Of a DNA stretch of 64,000 bases, positions 37,168 through 52,100 are shown piece after piece. The stretch's first letter is position 1. The number at the start of each line of letters is the position of its first letter. Below the pieces are notes generated by a model that made no database searches, was not told where the DNA came from, and worked only from the letters and a program-made list of their open reading frames with translations. Origin of the DNA: Phoronis australis (taxonomy: Eukaryota; Animalia; Phoronida); the NCBI GenBank assembly GCA_002633005.1, contig NMRA01000335.1:62001-126000 (forward strand), written 5' to 3'. A program made the position numbers and the translations under genes.

Positions 37168-40100
37168 CTAAAAAAGAATGACTGTAGCTTAGATACGTCC
37201 ACCCATACTTTGGTCATTCTTAATAGTCCAACAAAACAAAGTACTAAAATATTCCAGTACATTTATAAATACGGCATTTGCTAACGGTTAACACATCAGC
37301 ACTAAATTTCAGTATATTATTTAATAATAGACATTTTATCCCCATACGCGTTGAATCACTCGAGTGCAATACGGCCATGTGATATTGTTTTCCGTATTCA
37401 CCTCCCGCACTACTTCAACAGTGACATGGGAAGATCAAAAGGTAGGTCAATGTCGACTCGACGTCGTTAGCCGGTTCGATCATCAAACTTTTCCAAAATA
37501 GTTTAAAGTAATAGAATTGCAGCATTATAAATAACACTAAACATGCAACTAGGTCCTAAACGTAACATCTGGAACAAAACTGTTAATTACACGACACTTC
37601 TGTCTCAGTTTTCACTTGCTAAATATTATTATCGTCTGCAACTAAGACGTCGATTCCTGGGTAACTATAATCACATGTTGTTGTTATTTAACTATATTCA
37701 GGAAACGTTACAAGCTCAATGCACAATTACCGTTGTTTTCATCTTTGTTATCTCTTTTAAAGTGATAAATCGTTACATTTAAAACTGTTTTTTTTACTAG
37801 AGAAAACTTGTTACATGTACCTCAACGCGCAAGTAGGCCTAAATACATATTATATAGGATGTCATCTGGGTGAAGTACTTAAAAATCTGCCGAAAAAATG
37901 AAAGAAACTATTAGGAATTCGAAGTGCATAGTATAAGTACAAAACGTACCTCGACTGGCGCATCGACCTTCGGTCTTGGTCGATACGCGGAATGTCTGTT
38001 GGAATTATATTAGTTCATCTACGCCACTATGGGTAGTTTTGTGTACATATTTGCACTACGACAATATTCAAAAGATCATTTTACGATATTACTTGCATTC
38101 ATTGTTTAATGTCTTGATTCCGGAATGTGTGTCATATTTTAACGAATTTGCTGCATTGCACTCAAATACTTCGTATTACCGCCTAAATATCATTTTGGCT
38201 TACTGTCATATTCATTCTCACTGTGGATGCTCAAGCTGACTTCACTTTCCTTGGTTGGCTTTCGTAACAAGTACTCGCAAATCTGTTCACCAACGAGGTC
38301 ATATACTCTGTTCCTTTGCACGTAGTCGTCAACCGAATCAGCCATCAACTTTGCCTTCAGCTCAATTTCTTCGAAATGATCTACAACGCAAAGCCAGTAT
38401 ATATACAAATACCTGCAAGTTTATAGCTTAATAGTCTTTGTTTGATAGTTTCAACCAAACACCTGCACGGTTACTGAATGTATCCTTATACTCCTATAGC
38501 TGGTCGCAGCCTTTTTGCAACCTCCGCAGCCAGTGTACGATGACCATAGAGTGAGTGTGTCTCTATAATCAGAAGGTTCACTGGTCTGAAGGTTTGATAG
38601 TCCAAACTATTTCAAGAAATTTTAGGAAATGCAAAACGGTACGCTCGGTAGAGACCACAAGATAGAACTTTCGCACTGTAGAAACTTCGGGTTATAGAAC
38701 ATTGGGACTATAGGAACATCGAATTTTGTGGTTGGACTATCGAACCTCCGACTATAGAACCTCCCGAAAATATATCATTCGGACAATGGACATGGACCCC
38801 ATACGGTACCTGCTTGCAACATGTGCACAGTGTGCGCAGATACTGTATCTACATCAGGGGGCTCCAATTGCGATTTGGTGGTACTTACAACACTATGCGG
38901 GGACTGCAACTCACAATATTTGTGACTAGCATGGCCTCTGTTGGAATGACGAGACAACTATACAGAATAAAGGTAAGAGTCAGAGACCAAATGCACAAAA
39001 CATACTGCGTTTAATCTGTAATGTATCCAACAGTAAACTTTCTCATCCTTCAAGTGTATACGGAAAGAGAAAGTCAACACAAAAACATTAGGCTGCATAT
39101 TAAAGCCATTGGAATATGAATAAACCCAAGCTTCTGACACATTTCAATTAAGTAGAGAAGTAGTTTAAACGCACTGTCGCAATGAACGGTGCTGGTCTTC
39201 CGTACATCTTCCGTTGATCGAATACCAAGGAGCCCTTTGATAACTGTCGACAAGTAGGTGACGAACTCGAATTTGTTCTCCATTTGTTCTATTTCCTCCT
39301 TCACCTCGCTGTGGTGCACCATTAGCATAGTTATGAACAAGTTGATAGCAGTAAAGTTGACGATCACAGTGAACGTTATGAAGAGAATCGGAGCGAAAGA
39401 CGGCGACGCTTTTCGAAGATTGACGAAGTCAAATTTGTCTGTAAAACACCATATACATATACATATACATACATACCTACATACATGCATGTACACACAC
39501 ACACATACGCAAATGCGCGCACACGCACACATGCAAGCACACGCACACACAGAGACGCGTGCACACACGCGCGCTCATATGTATATATATTCACACATGC
39601 ATATATATTGGCGATATGCATGTAGTTAGATTGCGGCTTGCCACAACAATGCGTCACGCTGCAGCCAATTGAAGTCGTTGAAATTATTTTCGTAAACACA
39701 TTAACTGTCAGTCCACAAGAGCATCAAAAGGTCGACTGTAGGGTCACCGAGGCAGACCTTGAAAACAAATTGTGTGTACATACATCCTAATGGGATATGT
39801 TCAAAATGCTTATTTGATTTTTTGATTCCCATTAATCGTCTTTCTTGAAACCATTTTAAATGTAACGAAGTTACAAAAAACATTCGTAGAATACGCAACA
39901 CTGGATCATTTTTAGAACAAAAAGTGAACAAAACCATTAAAGAGATTTCTTAATTTGTTCACATGTCCATGGCCTATCCAAAAATATGAATGTTAATGTC
40001 CAAAGCCCCGCAAACTGGCTTCTAGTAGCACTTGAGTGACACCCACTTTCAACACTAATAAAAGGGCTTACGGATTTAACTCCCCGGTCACATGATGAAT

Positions 40101-43100
40101 GCAGCTAAATCATTAATATCAGTTTTATTTGGTATTCCTCATTCCCACTTCCTAATCCTATTATGTGTTTTCTCTCATTGCATGCAATCTACCTGTTTTT
40201 ATATTGGATAATTGCTGTTTTCGGTATGCAAAACGTGTCTTTTTCTTGTAAACCTTTGGTGGCCTTTAGGTAAAAAAGAGGTCAATCAGTGAAAAATTGG
40301 TGATTTTTGTATCAGAGCCACGCCACGATCACACACACAAATCTAGAAGTTGACCCCTAGAATGTTCTTTTTTCTTTCTTTTGATTTTCTCGTGAAATGG
40401 ATCTTATCTAAAGATTTAACTTTCATCAAAATTTAATTAGTATCGGAGCAAAACGTGCGCAGCAACTATTGGTGTACCGTTTGGCTTTTTCATTTGTTTT
40501 GTATTACATTTTGAATTTTGTGACAAGAAACACCAGTGCCGATATCTCATTACGTTGGAGACCATAAACACGTGCAGGTCCGCTGTAGTGAAATAACTAA
40601 AGAAATTCATACTCATACTGCCGGAGTTTCAACGAGGAATAATGTCAACTAGCTATTTCACGTGCGAGACAGAAGTAGGTTATGCACAAGTATTAGTTCC
40701 TCTTCATTACATTGATGTATAGCACAGTCATTGCACGGCTGTATCGTCACATCTGTATGTTAATTACCAATATCGAAAAATTCCTGGTAACCTAATTTCC
40801 AGGGAAATTGGCTACATGTATGATGAAGTAACCGTGCGTACGCACTAGCAGTTCATCCTGATTTCAAGAAACTTTACCTGTACACGAACGTACTGGTATT
40901 TGTATCATACAATTTGTCAACAACTCAGTCTAATAACACTTAGAATAGAAAACGGAGTCATACCGGGTACATGTATGTAGTACCTAAATCGGTTCCGTTG
41001 TTGGAAGGAAATTCAGTCGAAACTTAACATGACGTCTTACTGACGGAATAGAACTGACGGTGCACGTACTTACTCAACATCATACTGCAGAGCGTTTCAA
41101 AAGATGCAATGAAATCTCTCCAGTCTTTAAGCTTATATCCTATCAGGCACCAGGCCATGATCGCATAAGCAATCAAAACGATTCCAAAGAGCAGAAAAAA
41201 ATGGATGAGTGGCCAAGCGGCATGCTTCAAGATTCGACCTGACATGGACATCTTCTTGTTGAATTGCAGAAGTTTAAGGGATTTCAGCGTAGCTATGAAA
41301 ATGATGAAGGCCAATACGTTCGTGAAAGTCTGGAACAGAGGAAATAATTTGTCAAAAACATATATGAAAGCAAAACGAAAGATAGTATTCTTCAAAAATA
41401 CATATCTTTACTGGATTTTAAAGTCCTCAAACAGTATCATCAGCAAAGTGAATAACAATTGACACAGAAAAATTCACTTTTATATGCAAAAAGCGGAACA
41501 TTGAAGACTCTAGTGGTGTTGTCCACAAAATACTTTGCGCCTCCTGTGATCATACATATATCGGCGAGACCTCTAGAAATTTTAAATATCGCCTCAAGTA
41601 ACATAAGGGCCCGGTCTCCAATCTTTTTACTCGAAATGAAACTCGAAATTAAGTTTGGCATTTTCTACTCTTCTTCTGGGCGAACTCATGATAAGTGTCT
41701 ATTATTCTATGCTCGAATACACAATAACTTACGTATAAAAATTTATTGCCCTTAGTTCAGTTTGTAAACCCAATATTAAAGCAATAAGTTCGAGTTTTTA
41801 CTCGAGTTTGTAGCACGAATATAAGGGTCTTCAAGGGCAAACTTGAACTAGAAATTACTATGCATAAACTGTAATTTATTCGAGCACAGTCTGATAACCA
41901 ATTACCTTAAGTTCGCACAAAAAGAGCAGAGAAATTGCCAAAAATAGTTTTAAGTTCGTTTCGAGTACAAAGATTAGAGACCGGGCCCAGAAAGAGGTTG
42001 AGGCAGTGACTCTTAATAAGTCTTTCACCAGAGTCACTAAAATGTCTCTTTAAGTGAGTTTAATAGACCTGCAATCACAGACCATGCAGCTAGAGAAAAC
42101 CACATAAATGACTAGTCGGGTGTAGCTATCAACTGTAGGGAGGCCAAGGATCTGGCGTAAACTCAGTGCAACATTCAACATCCTGTGTACTGCGCCACCT
42201 GGTATGTACTGAAGAAGGCATCACAAAAGGCAGATGTCGAAAATTTCTGCAGTTATTTAACGCATTTCTTACGGAAAAATGAAATTCCTCGTGTCAATGG
42301 ATTTTTAAGTATGCTAACTGCTTCTACAATGTCTAATTTTATCCGGTCTGGACATATGTCATGTTTAATTTCAACCCGGCTCATTTGTTACCAAACATAC
42401 TGTTCATGCAGCGGATACCCAGACAACAATACGTTCAGAACAATACATTAGTTTTCAAATCTTCGACAAAACTCATGTTCAACCGAACGTAGGCGGAATC
42501 ATTTAGCAGTTCGGTCGATCTTAGATCCAATCGAATAGCACATTTTCGAAGCTCAACAAGAGTTAAATGTTAACTTTATATATCAAGTGAAAGGACAAGA
42601 AATTGTGACCAGTCGCAATTTCGACCAAGCGTGTGGATTAAAACCGGTCTTGATCTTCTTGATATTTAGCCAGTTCTGAAAAGGGCTCTAATTGAAAACA
42701 AAAAAACCCAGTTGCCATTTTGTGCAGTGAATTTCATCGTCGTCCAGTTTATTTTGAAAATTAAGCCAAGATGGTTATTGACGGCATTATCAAACGTACC
42801 CTAGCACACCGCAACATATTTTTTCCTATCAGTTGCATTGATTTTACGATTCAATGACAGGAATTCTTCACAGTGCCATTTAGGATTCAAACTGATGATT
42901 CCTTGCAATGGTTAGTGTTCGAGAAAGACCCACTTGTTAGCAAGGTTTTTGGATGGTCATTTGATTCTTTTTATCGAACCTGTCACCTCTCCAAACCATC
43001 AGGACATCTTGCAGTGAAACCCACGTTTTAAACTGTTTAGGCAATATTCACTGTTTATGTGATTTGAAATGTGTGCAACAAAATAAAATTGAACATCTCA

Positions 43101-46100
43101 GGACAAAGATTTCAACTTCCTGCGAAACCGTACAGCAACGTTTTTTGTCTTGAAATAAAAAGGGAGACATATATAGTGTTTACTTTCTGGTCAATCCTGG
43201 TAATGTAACAACAAAACTTCAGCCTTACTATAAAGCTCTAGATAATGGCATGTGTTATGTGCATGTATGTTTCGTGATATCCTGTTATTAAATACGAAAT
43301 GATACGGGAATTCTCATCTAAAAAAAAACGTATGCCTTCAAAATGAGCTTTAAATATATTTTTTCTCTTGCAATGATTAAAACCTCTGCAAACCCACCTT
43401 CCGTCAAAGAAACACCCTTTGAAGTGAAATTTGCATCTTGTTCGAAACCTGTTCCTCAGTCAAAATAAAAATGATTTCTGGGTTTGGAAAAGACGACACT
43501 TTGTTACTGCTTTGAAGCCTGGTTCTACAAATTTACCCGTCAGTGCGTTTCAGTTTATTCGTCGAGTATGGTCTCAAGGAATAACGATCGAGCTGTCAGC
43601 TTTTTTCCAGGCTAAAAATCATTTCCAATCTGAGAAGGAACAACCGAGATCAATTTTTCAGCGATAAGTGTCTAACTCAAAAGTTAGCTTCCTCGATAGA
43701 ACACGGCTCATGTGCGCACCCAGCCTAAAAATTGGGGGGACTCGAATTTGTGAACAAGTGGACCTTTTACTAAAAAATACGGTTTAAGTTCAGAGCTGTG
43801 AATTGTGCATTCGTCTAATTTTGGTAGTTCCTGCCTTTTTAGTGGACTTTTGTCTCCCAAATAGAGGGGCTCGTTCGAGACAAGCCTCACCCCATTGGTG
43901 CGCACATGCGGCTTTATCGACACTTTAACTTATAATACACGACAGCTGTACACCAAATTGTTGCGAGTCAAAGTGATATTCAGTCGAGAATATAAGTGAT
44001 ACAGTTGTTTATTCAGTGATGGTACCAAAATCAAATCCCATTATTAAATGTAACTAGGAAAATACACTTCACAAATGCTAAGATTATCAACGTTCAGCAA
44101 CCAACAAGAAATACTGACAATAGTAACCAACTACCTCGTCCCACATGGCGACATTTTGCAAGTTCATGAATGCAGCCTTGTTCCTGCGGAAGGCCATGAG
44201 CGTCTCTGATGTCATGACTATCCTATAGACGTAGATTGCAAACGAGATAACCAGGAGCGAGGCCGTAGAGAATTCCATCAGATTCCAGAAATCCTAAAAG
44301 TTAAACAGCAAAAACTAGAGAAGGATTACGGAAGAATTCAAGAAAATAACTACGGTTTTAAAACTTGACATGTTTCGGTGTCATTTATTAAACACCATCC
44401 TCAGAAGTGATAATACAGTGGCCACCTATGACTTCTGAGGATGGTGTTTAATAAATGACACCGAAACATGTCAAGTTTTAAAACCGTAGTTATTTTCTTG
44501 AATTTATGCTGCTACTTGCTATCATGGAGATTACGGAGGACGTGAGATCGTTGTTAGCACTTATTTGTAGACAAGTGTTTCTAGAGATCGGAGATGCTTG
44601 ACTATAGAAGCAAATGTTTTGCACGACTTGGTGCATCTACGCGTAGCTTGACTATGCCTTGTTTTTTCACATGTGTACTAAGATTTTAAACAAATCTATG
44701 TATTTAGCAAATCTAACTCAGTGAAAAATACATCTTATCAAAGTGGAAAGCGAGTAGACTGTAGAACTGGTAGAACATCATTGTTTAGTTTCTTACATCA
44801 AGTTCATCAACCCCATTCTAATGTCACAAACGCACATGCAGAAGCCTGCTAAATAACGAATTTTAGACGGCGTTATAGGCATTATTTAACTCTGACTGTA
44901 ATTTATGTTCAGCGTTTTTGCGTTTCGTAGATGCAAGAATATCTCGGAGGAATCTTTTCTGACCAAGAGCTCCGCTAGTAAGCAGTAGAGGTCTGAATGC
45001 CGTTTCTCTAAAAGTCTATTGCCATTAATCTAAAAATCAGTCTACGGATGGCTTAGCCTGTATCATGAAACCGAGCTAAGGTTTATAGTAAAAAAAACGT
45101 CTACATCCGGAGACCAAAAGAGCAAAATCCGGCCTTATCCTACTCTGATGTTTGGTCAAAACAAGTCAAAAGACAAAAAATCGACTTAGGCAGTGAACCC
45201 TTCGAGAAACAGACCCCGGGCGTGTGTTCCACTGGCGCGAGAACCTCACGACAAAACAAGATCCGAAAAGACCTTGCGAGGTATTGCCATCTATTAAAGG
45301 ACAATGCCACCCAAAAACAACCTATTTTGTATCAGTTTAGATGAGTAGTTCCACTCGATAACAGCAAGTACAACTCTGTTACCTGACACCTGACAGCGGA
45401 CGGTGTTGAAATTAACCAACGACGTCAGAGGTTCGAACGAAGTTCGTTCAACAGTTCACAACGCATTTAATGGTGTCATTTTTTCGCTTGAGTTCATCGT
45501 TTTACACCAATAAATCGTCAAAATTCGATGTAGACCCTTACAAATACATCGAATTGTTGTTTCATTTCACTGTTACGGATTTTTAGGTATTTCAACGTAC
45601 CGTAGCCTTCAAAGTTCAGTAGGCCAATTTACCAAGGTCGGTCGCGGGCGGGAGTTTGGGGTCTGTTCGGTGATAAATTCGAATTATTCGTCTGTGAAAT
45701 ACCGACAGGAGACCATAGCTGTGTGCTGTAACTTTAGACTTGTGATTTTTTTCAGTTTTAAGCACACGAAACGCTTGCTACCCCGGCCAGTGGCTCGGAA
45801 TCCGTTCAGGCCCATCGCTGTTGGAGTGAAGGCATCGCGAACATAAACCAGTCAAAGTTGGGAACTAAACTTCCAGTCACGAAAATACTATACTAGTGAG
45901 CTAGAGAATTGATGTGCACATGATTGTTTTGGCAAATTAGCAGCGGAACTGCAAATCTACTTACTAGCTCGTCGGGGGGCCGCGAAGTCAGGTTACCCTT
46001 CCACAGTACCGTCAGGGCAAAAGTTGTACAGTAACAATCATTCGAATAATGTATATGAAAATCTAAATAAAGTTTCCCCTAATATCTGACAATACAGTAG

Positions 46101-49100
46101 GATACATACACAAAACGTACCGAGAGGGGCGCACATGAACTAATGTCCCACGAGACATTATTACGCGTATCGACCGAGACCGAATTTGTATTTATCCCAT
46201 ACGCTTCGAGTTGCTAAGTTTGTTTCATTTTTACGCAGATTTTTTAAATACTTCTCTCAGCTAGTTCACGTTGTGGATCACACCTTATGTGTGTTCTTGG
46301 GCATTAGGCTGCAAGTTTTCTCTAGTAAAAGAAGCAATTTTAAATGTGTTGAAAAGATATAACAAAGATGAAAACAAGGGTAACTTTTCATTGAGACCTG
46401 ATTGTATGTTGAGCGTTATTTACACTGCTACAAATGTATTACTTTAAACTATTTTCCGAAAATTTGTTGATCTAACCGGCTAAGTACGTCCAGTCGACAT
46501 TGGCCTACCTTTTGAACTTTCCGTAATACCTGTAATACCTGTCACGGACAGGATCATTGGGGATATGCTGGTGCATTAATCCCCTTTCCATGTCAGATGT
46601 CGCTGTTGAAGTAGAGCGGGAGGTGAATACGGAGAACTTTATTACATGGCCGTATTTCCCTCGACAGATTCAACGCGTATGGGATAAAAATTGAGTTATT
46701 GTTTCACAACAACTTTCTGTCAGCAACCACTGAATGAGCATGCGCTCACACGGCCTCGGTTTCCGGTCAATTAGTTTATTGCATCTAAAGCCGGTAACGC
46801 AGTGATTTATTCATTGCCGGCTTATAAAAACATTTGCACTCACGAAAACTCTAAGGCATTCCAAGTTGTATCTAATGAGGCAGACTTTGTTTCAATTTTA
46901 TATAAGTATTTGTTGGGGAGAGAATATTTCATTTTGAAACAGAACGCCCAATAATAAAAGAATAAACGTCAACGAGACACCTCGCAATCCCGACTTAGAC
47001 GAGTGCTCATCCGACGAAGACTTCACAGGTCGATCGTTATGTTTCACAGGTTATCAGTTCGAACCGGAATACACTGAACAAGAATAGGGAGGCTCCGTGA
47101 ACGAGCACAGATAACGGAACACATGGATAGTTCCGAAAACAGTTTGAATGACTTGTCATGGTGTCACAATAATGGAAACGACTGACGCTTGCGTTTGCTG
47201 CTACGAAATTCCGCAAGTGAAACGCCTTCTTGGAGAAGAGCATGTGTGTCTCACGACGATCCTCGCTTTTCACCGCACCTAAACAGAAGTATGCTTACGA
47301 CGTTCGGCTGAGAAAAAGAATTGGCGAAAACATCCTACACCCAGAGGACAAAACAGAAGCCTGACGAACAAGTCAGTCATCAAAAAGGTTATTTAAAACG
47401 TTATGTTTTAACGCCTTGAATTAATTGTAATTGTTCATGTTTTCATGGCCAACTACAATTCTCCATTATCAAAAAGTAATCAACAGCCGACGATCCGCGT
47501 TTCTTTGTCTCTTGCCTGTCGAACGCAAACACACTAGGAACAACAGCTGACTTTAGACTCAGTCTCTTTTTCTGCCCTGCCATGAGCTGCTTGGGAAGCC
47601 GGCATTCGATTGTAAGTGAAATCACTGTCGACGAAATGCCGGACATTGAAAGACACGGAGAAGTTTCACGCCCTCATACTTGGTACTAACGGCGTAGTTT
47701 TCATTCTTCACTACCGCGAGCCACTTCCGAAGCATTATGGCTCTCGAGGAAATAGAAAAAAAGATATAACCGCTTTCCTCAAAGCTTCATAGTTCACACA
47801 AGCGGGAGCGATACACCACACCATAGCGGCACTCACTCTGCAGAAGAACCACTGACGTCGTTGCGACGTTTCTCACCATCCTCACATGTTAACGCGACAC
47901 CTCTCGGCCAGGTAAGACCCACCGTATACTGTACGAGGTGATGTGAATATAGACCGATTAAGACCGTAAAAAATTAAATCGGGTGGCATTCTCCATTAAA
48001 AGCGAAGAAGGTGATCACGCTTTATCCCTTTGCGATAGTCGTGCGTCTAGGGAACTTCTTTGAGTACTTACTTGGAAGTAGTCACATCTGAGTTTCTTAA
48101 TTTTCTTAATTTCAACCACCACGAAGTATATTGTGAATAAGTAGGTGATGCACTCGGCAATGATTACGACCAGGAACAGAGAGCCAGCATACCGGTCAAG
48201 CCGCAAAATGTACACCCCATATTTCGGGTAAATACCTGCAAAATAAGTTAAAGTTAGCGTTTCCGTTTACCAGTAAATACTAGTATTTTACAGGATATTT
48301 TTATGTAGGCCCATAATTTTGTATTTCTGCCGGTCTCTGGAACAGGCAAAATATTTTGAGTACTTACATTAAAGAAAACTAATCTAGCACGAGCCAATTA
48401 AATATTGCAAATTTTGGGCAGTTGTTTCCCCTCAGACAATTAACCGCTGAACCAAAGACCTTTTGGCCCGAAGTTCAAAGGATTCGCCTGATGTATGACA
48501 GACGCGAGCAGAGTGTCAGCAGCCACCACACCAGTCGACTGGTGAGGCCAATGCTCACGCTGGAAAGTTTAATAGGAAGTAAAATAAAAGCACACACCTC
48601 CCGTTGCATCAAACTCGAACAGAATCTGTGATACCGCATGCAGATTGAGAGCAGCGTTGTAAAGATTAAACTCTATGAAGACAGCCCGCGTATTTCTGTC
48701 AACCCAGTTGGTTTCCTTCAGATAACTTATTAAGTCCTCTCCCTTTTTACTGTTCATGGTCAAGTCAACAATATAACCACCACCACTGTACGTTGCTAGT
48801 AAACCGTGTTTAACAATCCCACCAAGGTCTTTGGCAGACTGCCAAAGCCAAGCTGTGTTATTTTCCCATGAAGAGGCATCTGAAATATGGAAAGATCATC
48901 AGACTACTTTCCAAACTTAAAGGTGGTGAATAGCGATCGCAAACGTTACATGTATACACATGGAAATTCTTAGATATCCAGCAGTTAAAGCACTGTGCAA
49001 AAGTCGTGCGGGTGTGATGTAAATGATAATTTCTCAACTTGACGACCTCATTTCTTCTCCATTTTATCACATATTCACTGATTTTGTTGGTAGTCTTAAC

Positions 49101-52100
49101 AGACAAGGAACACAAGACTCTGTTGGCACTGCTAAAACGACTTCTGCTATTCGAGGTGTCATACATGTATATTAAATGCCCATTAGTGCCTGCATAGAAG
49201 GTTGTTTGAAGGCCACAGTTATTAATTGGCACTTTAAAGATGATCTCGTTGGCACTGCATATCGAAGTACAGAAGCTGTTTTAACGTCAGTAGGTGAGAT
49301 GCATTTGGATGCCTAAGCGATATTAGAATACTGAATGAACTTTGCGATAGTAAGGGAGCAGGTCTGTTCCAGGTGAGAAAGAATTTAACACAAATGGCGC
49401 ATGTAAACACAATATGTTACGGAGCATCTTGGCATGGTGATACAAGTGAAACCACATTTTTGCTACAAGTCAGGACGCACTGGAATTTTTCAAGATGAGC
49501 TTTCTCCGGAAATAACTGGCCGGAAGATCCGGAACCAGCCGAGGTAAATGTTGATGTGTCACGCCCGCCAACTTGCTTTCAGTAGACTCAGTCTAACCAA
49601 TCGAAACGCACTATACTGTACATGCATTAGGTGTGAAATGTCTGTATCGTACCAGTGGCGTTCCTCTGTTGCCAGTTGCTGTTGTAAAGTTCGTGGTCTT
49701 CGCTGTTAAAATGGTAATGTGCGCGACAACCTTGTGGTGCAAAGTAATAGTCCAGCAGCTCGCTACATGTTTCTGAAAAGTAATTAGGAAATATATGGAA
49801 GTTAAATGACCAACAAACTCACTCGAGACTCAATTCGAAAATTAACCAATCACATCGCAGGGTGACACACTCACCTACATCATAGTCTTGTCTGCAATAA
49901 AAATTGGAGTTAATATACTCTTCTCTTCACATTCGCCAATTTAGAAACACAGGGCGAGTTTTGTCAGTCGAAAGATATAAATTAAAAAACATTTCGAAAC
50001 GTCTAGCCCTCTTTGTGTTTGCCTTATTTTACTATAACTGTTTAAGTGTTTTTCGAAAGTGGGCGGGGTAACCAAGGAAATCGCATTATACATGACGGCA
50101 TCAGTCAGATGTCCACATCTACCGTGGTCATTTTGCAGATGCACTGCCAAAGCAGAAAGTACAAATATATAGATATTGACAGCTTCTTATTTAATTTGAA
50201 CTTTTCTTATCTAGTAAAAATTTGCTTTTCAAGGACAAAAATGGGGACACCCACATAAATATATGTGTTTCTACGTAAAATATGATTATAGGTGGGTACA
50301 CCTGTCAGTAAATGTTGATCAGCGAAGTCTCTCTTTGTAACTGGGTACACCAAAGTCGGGATGGGTCCATCTAATAACTGGACTCGACGTGACGGGTCCA
50401 GTTATATTCATATAGCGTGAACCGCTGTGATGGGTCTGTCTATATAAATATAACTGGACCCGACGTGACGGGAATGCATTACCGTTTACGACCCTGACTT
50501 GTCTCAATCTCGGCCCTCCCATCATGAAGCTATGACGGTCGCTCGTGAAGTTCTTGGAAAAAGCATACACTTTTCCATCATACCACGCCCCAGAGTAAAA
50601 TCCAGGCACAAATGTGGATTGCAGATACTTCCAAAACTGGTTGTAGTCGGATACCTTTGTTTAAGAAAACGGAATAGAACTTAAAAACCAACACGAGATA
50701 TGTGAATCTTCAACTATTTACTTTAATTGCGGTACATGTCGCAAACATTCAATGACGTTGTTCGTGTTGTGCTGGCACGAGGGTGGCGTTCAGCTGGCCA
50801 GTTTGCTATGTTTCGAGTAGAACCGACTGAGTTTAAAAAGGCGAAAGGCGCATTATTTCTGGTGGAATTGTTCGAATATCACACGAAGCCACGGTTCAAA
50901 TTTGATGACGTACTGAGCGCAAAAAATCTTAGTAATCATACATCCCTAAAATTCCAGTACAGTTAAACTGCCATCGAGGATGATCATTGTTCAGCAAAAT
51001 AGGTCTACCTTGTCTTTACGCTGCTAGTTACAGAAGTGTATCTGAGGTTTTTTCAGGCATTTTAGCCCAAAGGCTTCCTATGCCAAGAACAAAAAACGCC
51101 AACATTCCTTATGGAAAAAAACCCAGTTTTTGAGAGTTTTAACGCAAATAATCTTTTTGTGGGATATTTAGCTTCAACAGAAGTCTCATTTTTGACAAAA
51201 TATAATAATATGAAAACGACTATAAGGAGTATTGCTTTTGTGCAACAAATGATATTCTGTGGTCATCAAAAAATTTAAAACATATAATTCTTATGGGTCA
51301 ACTATGAAGAGTTTAAAAGTTATTTAGAGATGCTAACGAAAGTGTCATAACACCTTATCGACACATTGTCCTGTACACGTAAGTGATCAACAAGGGCCAA
51401 CATTGCTCAACTGTCAACTACACGTAGGCGTGTCAGAGTGGCAATGTGGATAACTACGCACAATACGAAAGAAACATATGCACATGACACGTTCAAAACC
51501 TCAAAGCACGATTTAGTACAGTAATCATAAAAAACTAACAAATGATCATTACCGTGTCTATGTCAACAGGAGAGTCTCCGAAATCCCCCGTTTTGAAGGC
51601 TAACGAAAATGTTCGACGAAACCCGTATGACCACGGGTCTTTGTTACCGTAAGAAACCATTACTAGCAGATACAGGAAAATCGCGTATCGAACTATTTCG
51701 ACAAGAAGAACATTCATTTCCGATTCCTTGTTTCTGGAACAAATAATTAAACAGCTTATAAATTGTCCGTGGAAATTGTAAATTCAAAAAAGCTTTGGGT
51801 TTTCTTTCAAGTTGTTCTACGACTGTCAAATTACCAAACTCCAACGGGAAATAATGTAGTAAATGGCCATTGTCCTTCATCCGATTCACGGTGGGCACAA
51901 AACCCCCAATTCTTTTGTAGTCGTAACAAATTAGCTAGCGTGCGCGCCTGGTCAAATTTCAAACTTTGGGCTCGCTCAGAACTCCTCTATGAAGGATGCA
52001 TCTGATCAATTCTGGACATGCGCGCGTGCACTTTTATTAGACTGCCGAGGGGAAACAATAAACACATTTTAAATGTATTATTTTCATTTGTGATAAAGTC

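Larger units (their letters stand above)
44335..44504. repeat. Perfect 74-bp inverted repeat (22-nt spacer), Penelope-like terminal sequence
   Basis: 44335-44408 is the exact reverse complement of 44431-44504. Confidence 0.95.

Noticed and set aside
47140-47370. P2X7-like host gene
   Set aside because: Frameshifted and enclosed by Kolobok TIRs and TTAA; transposon cargo.
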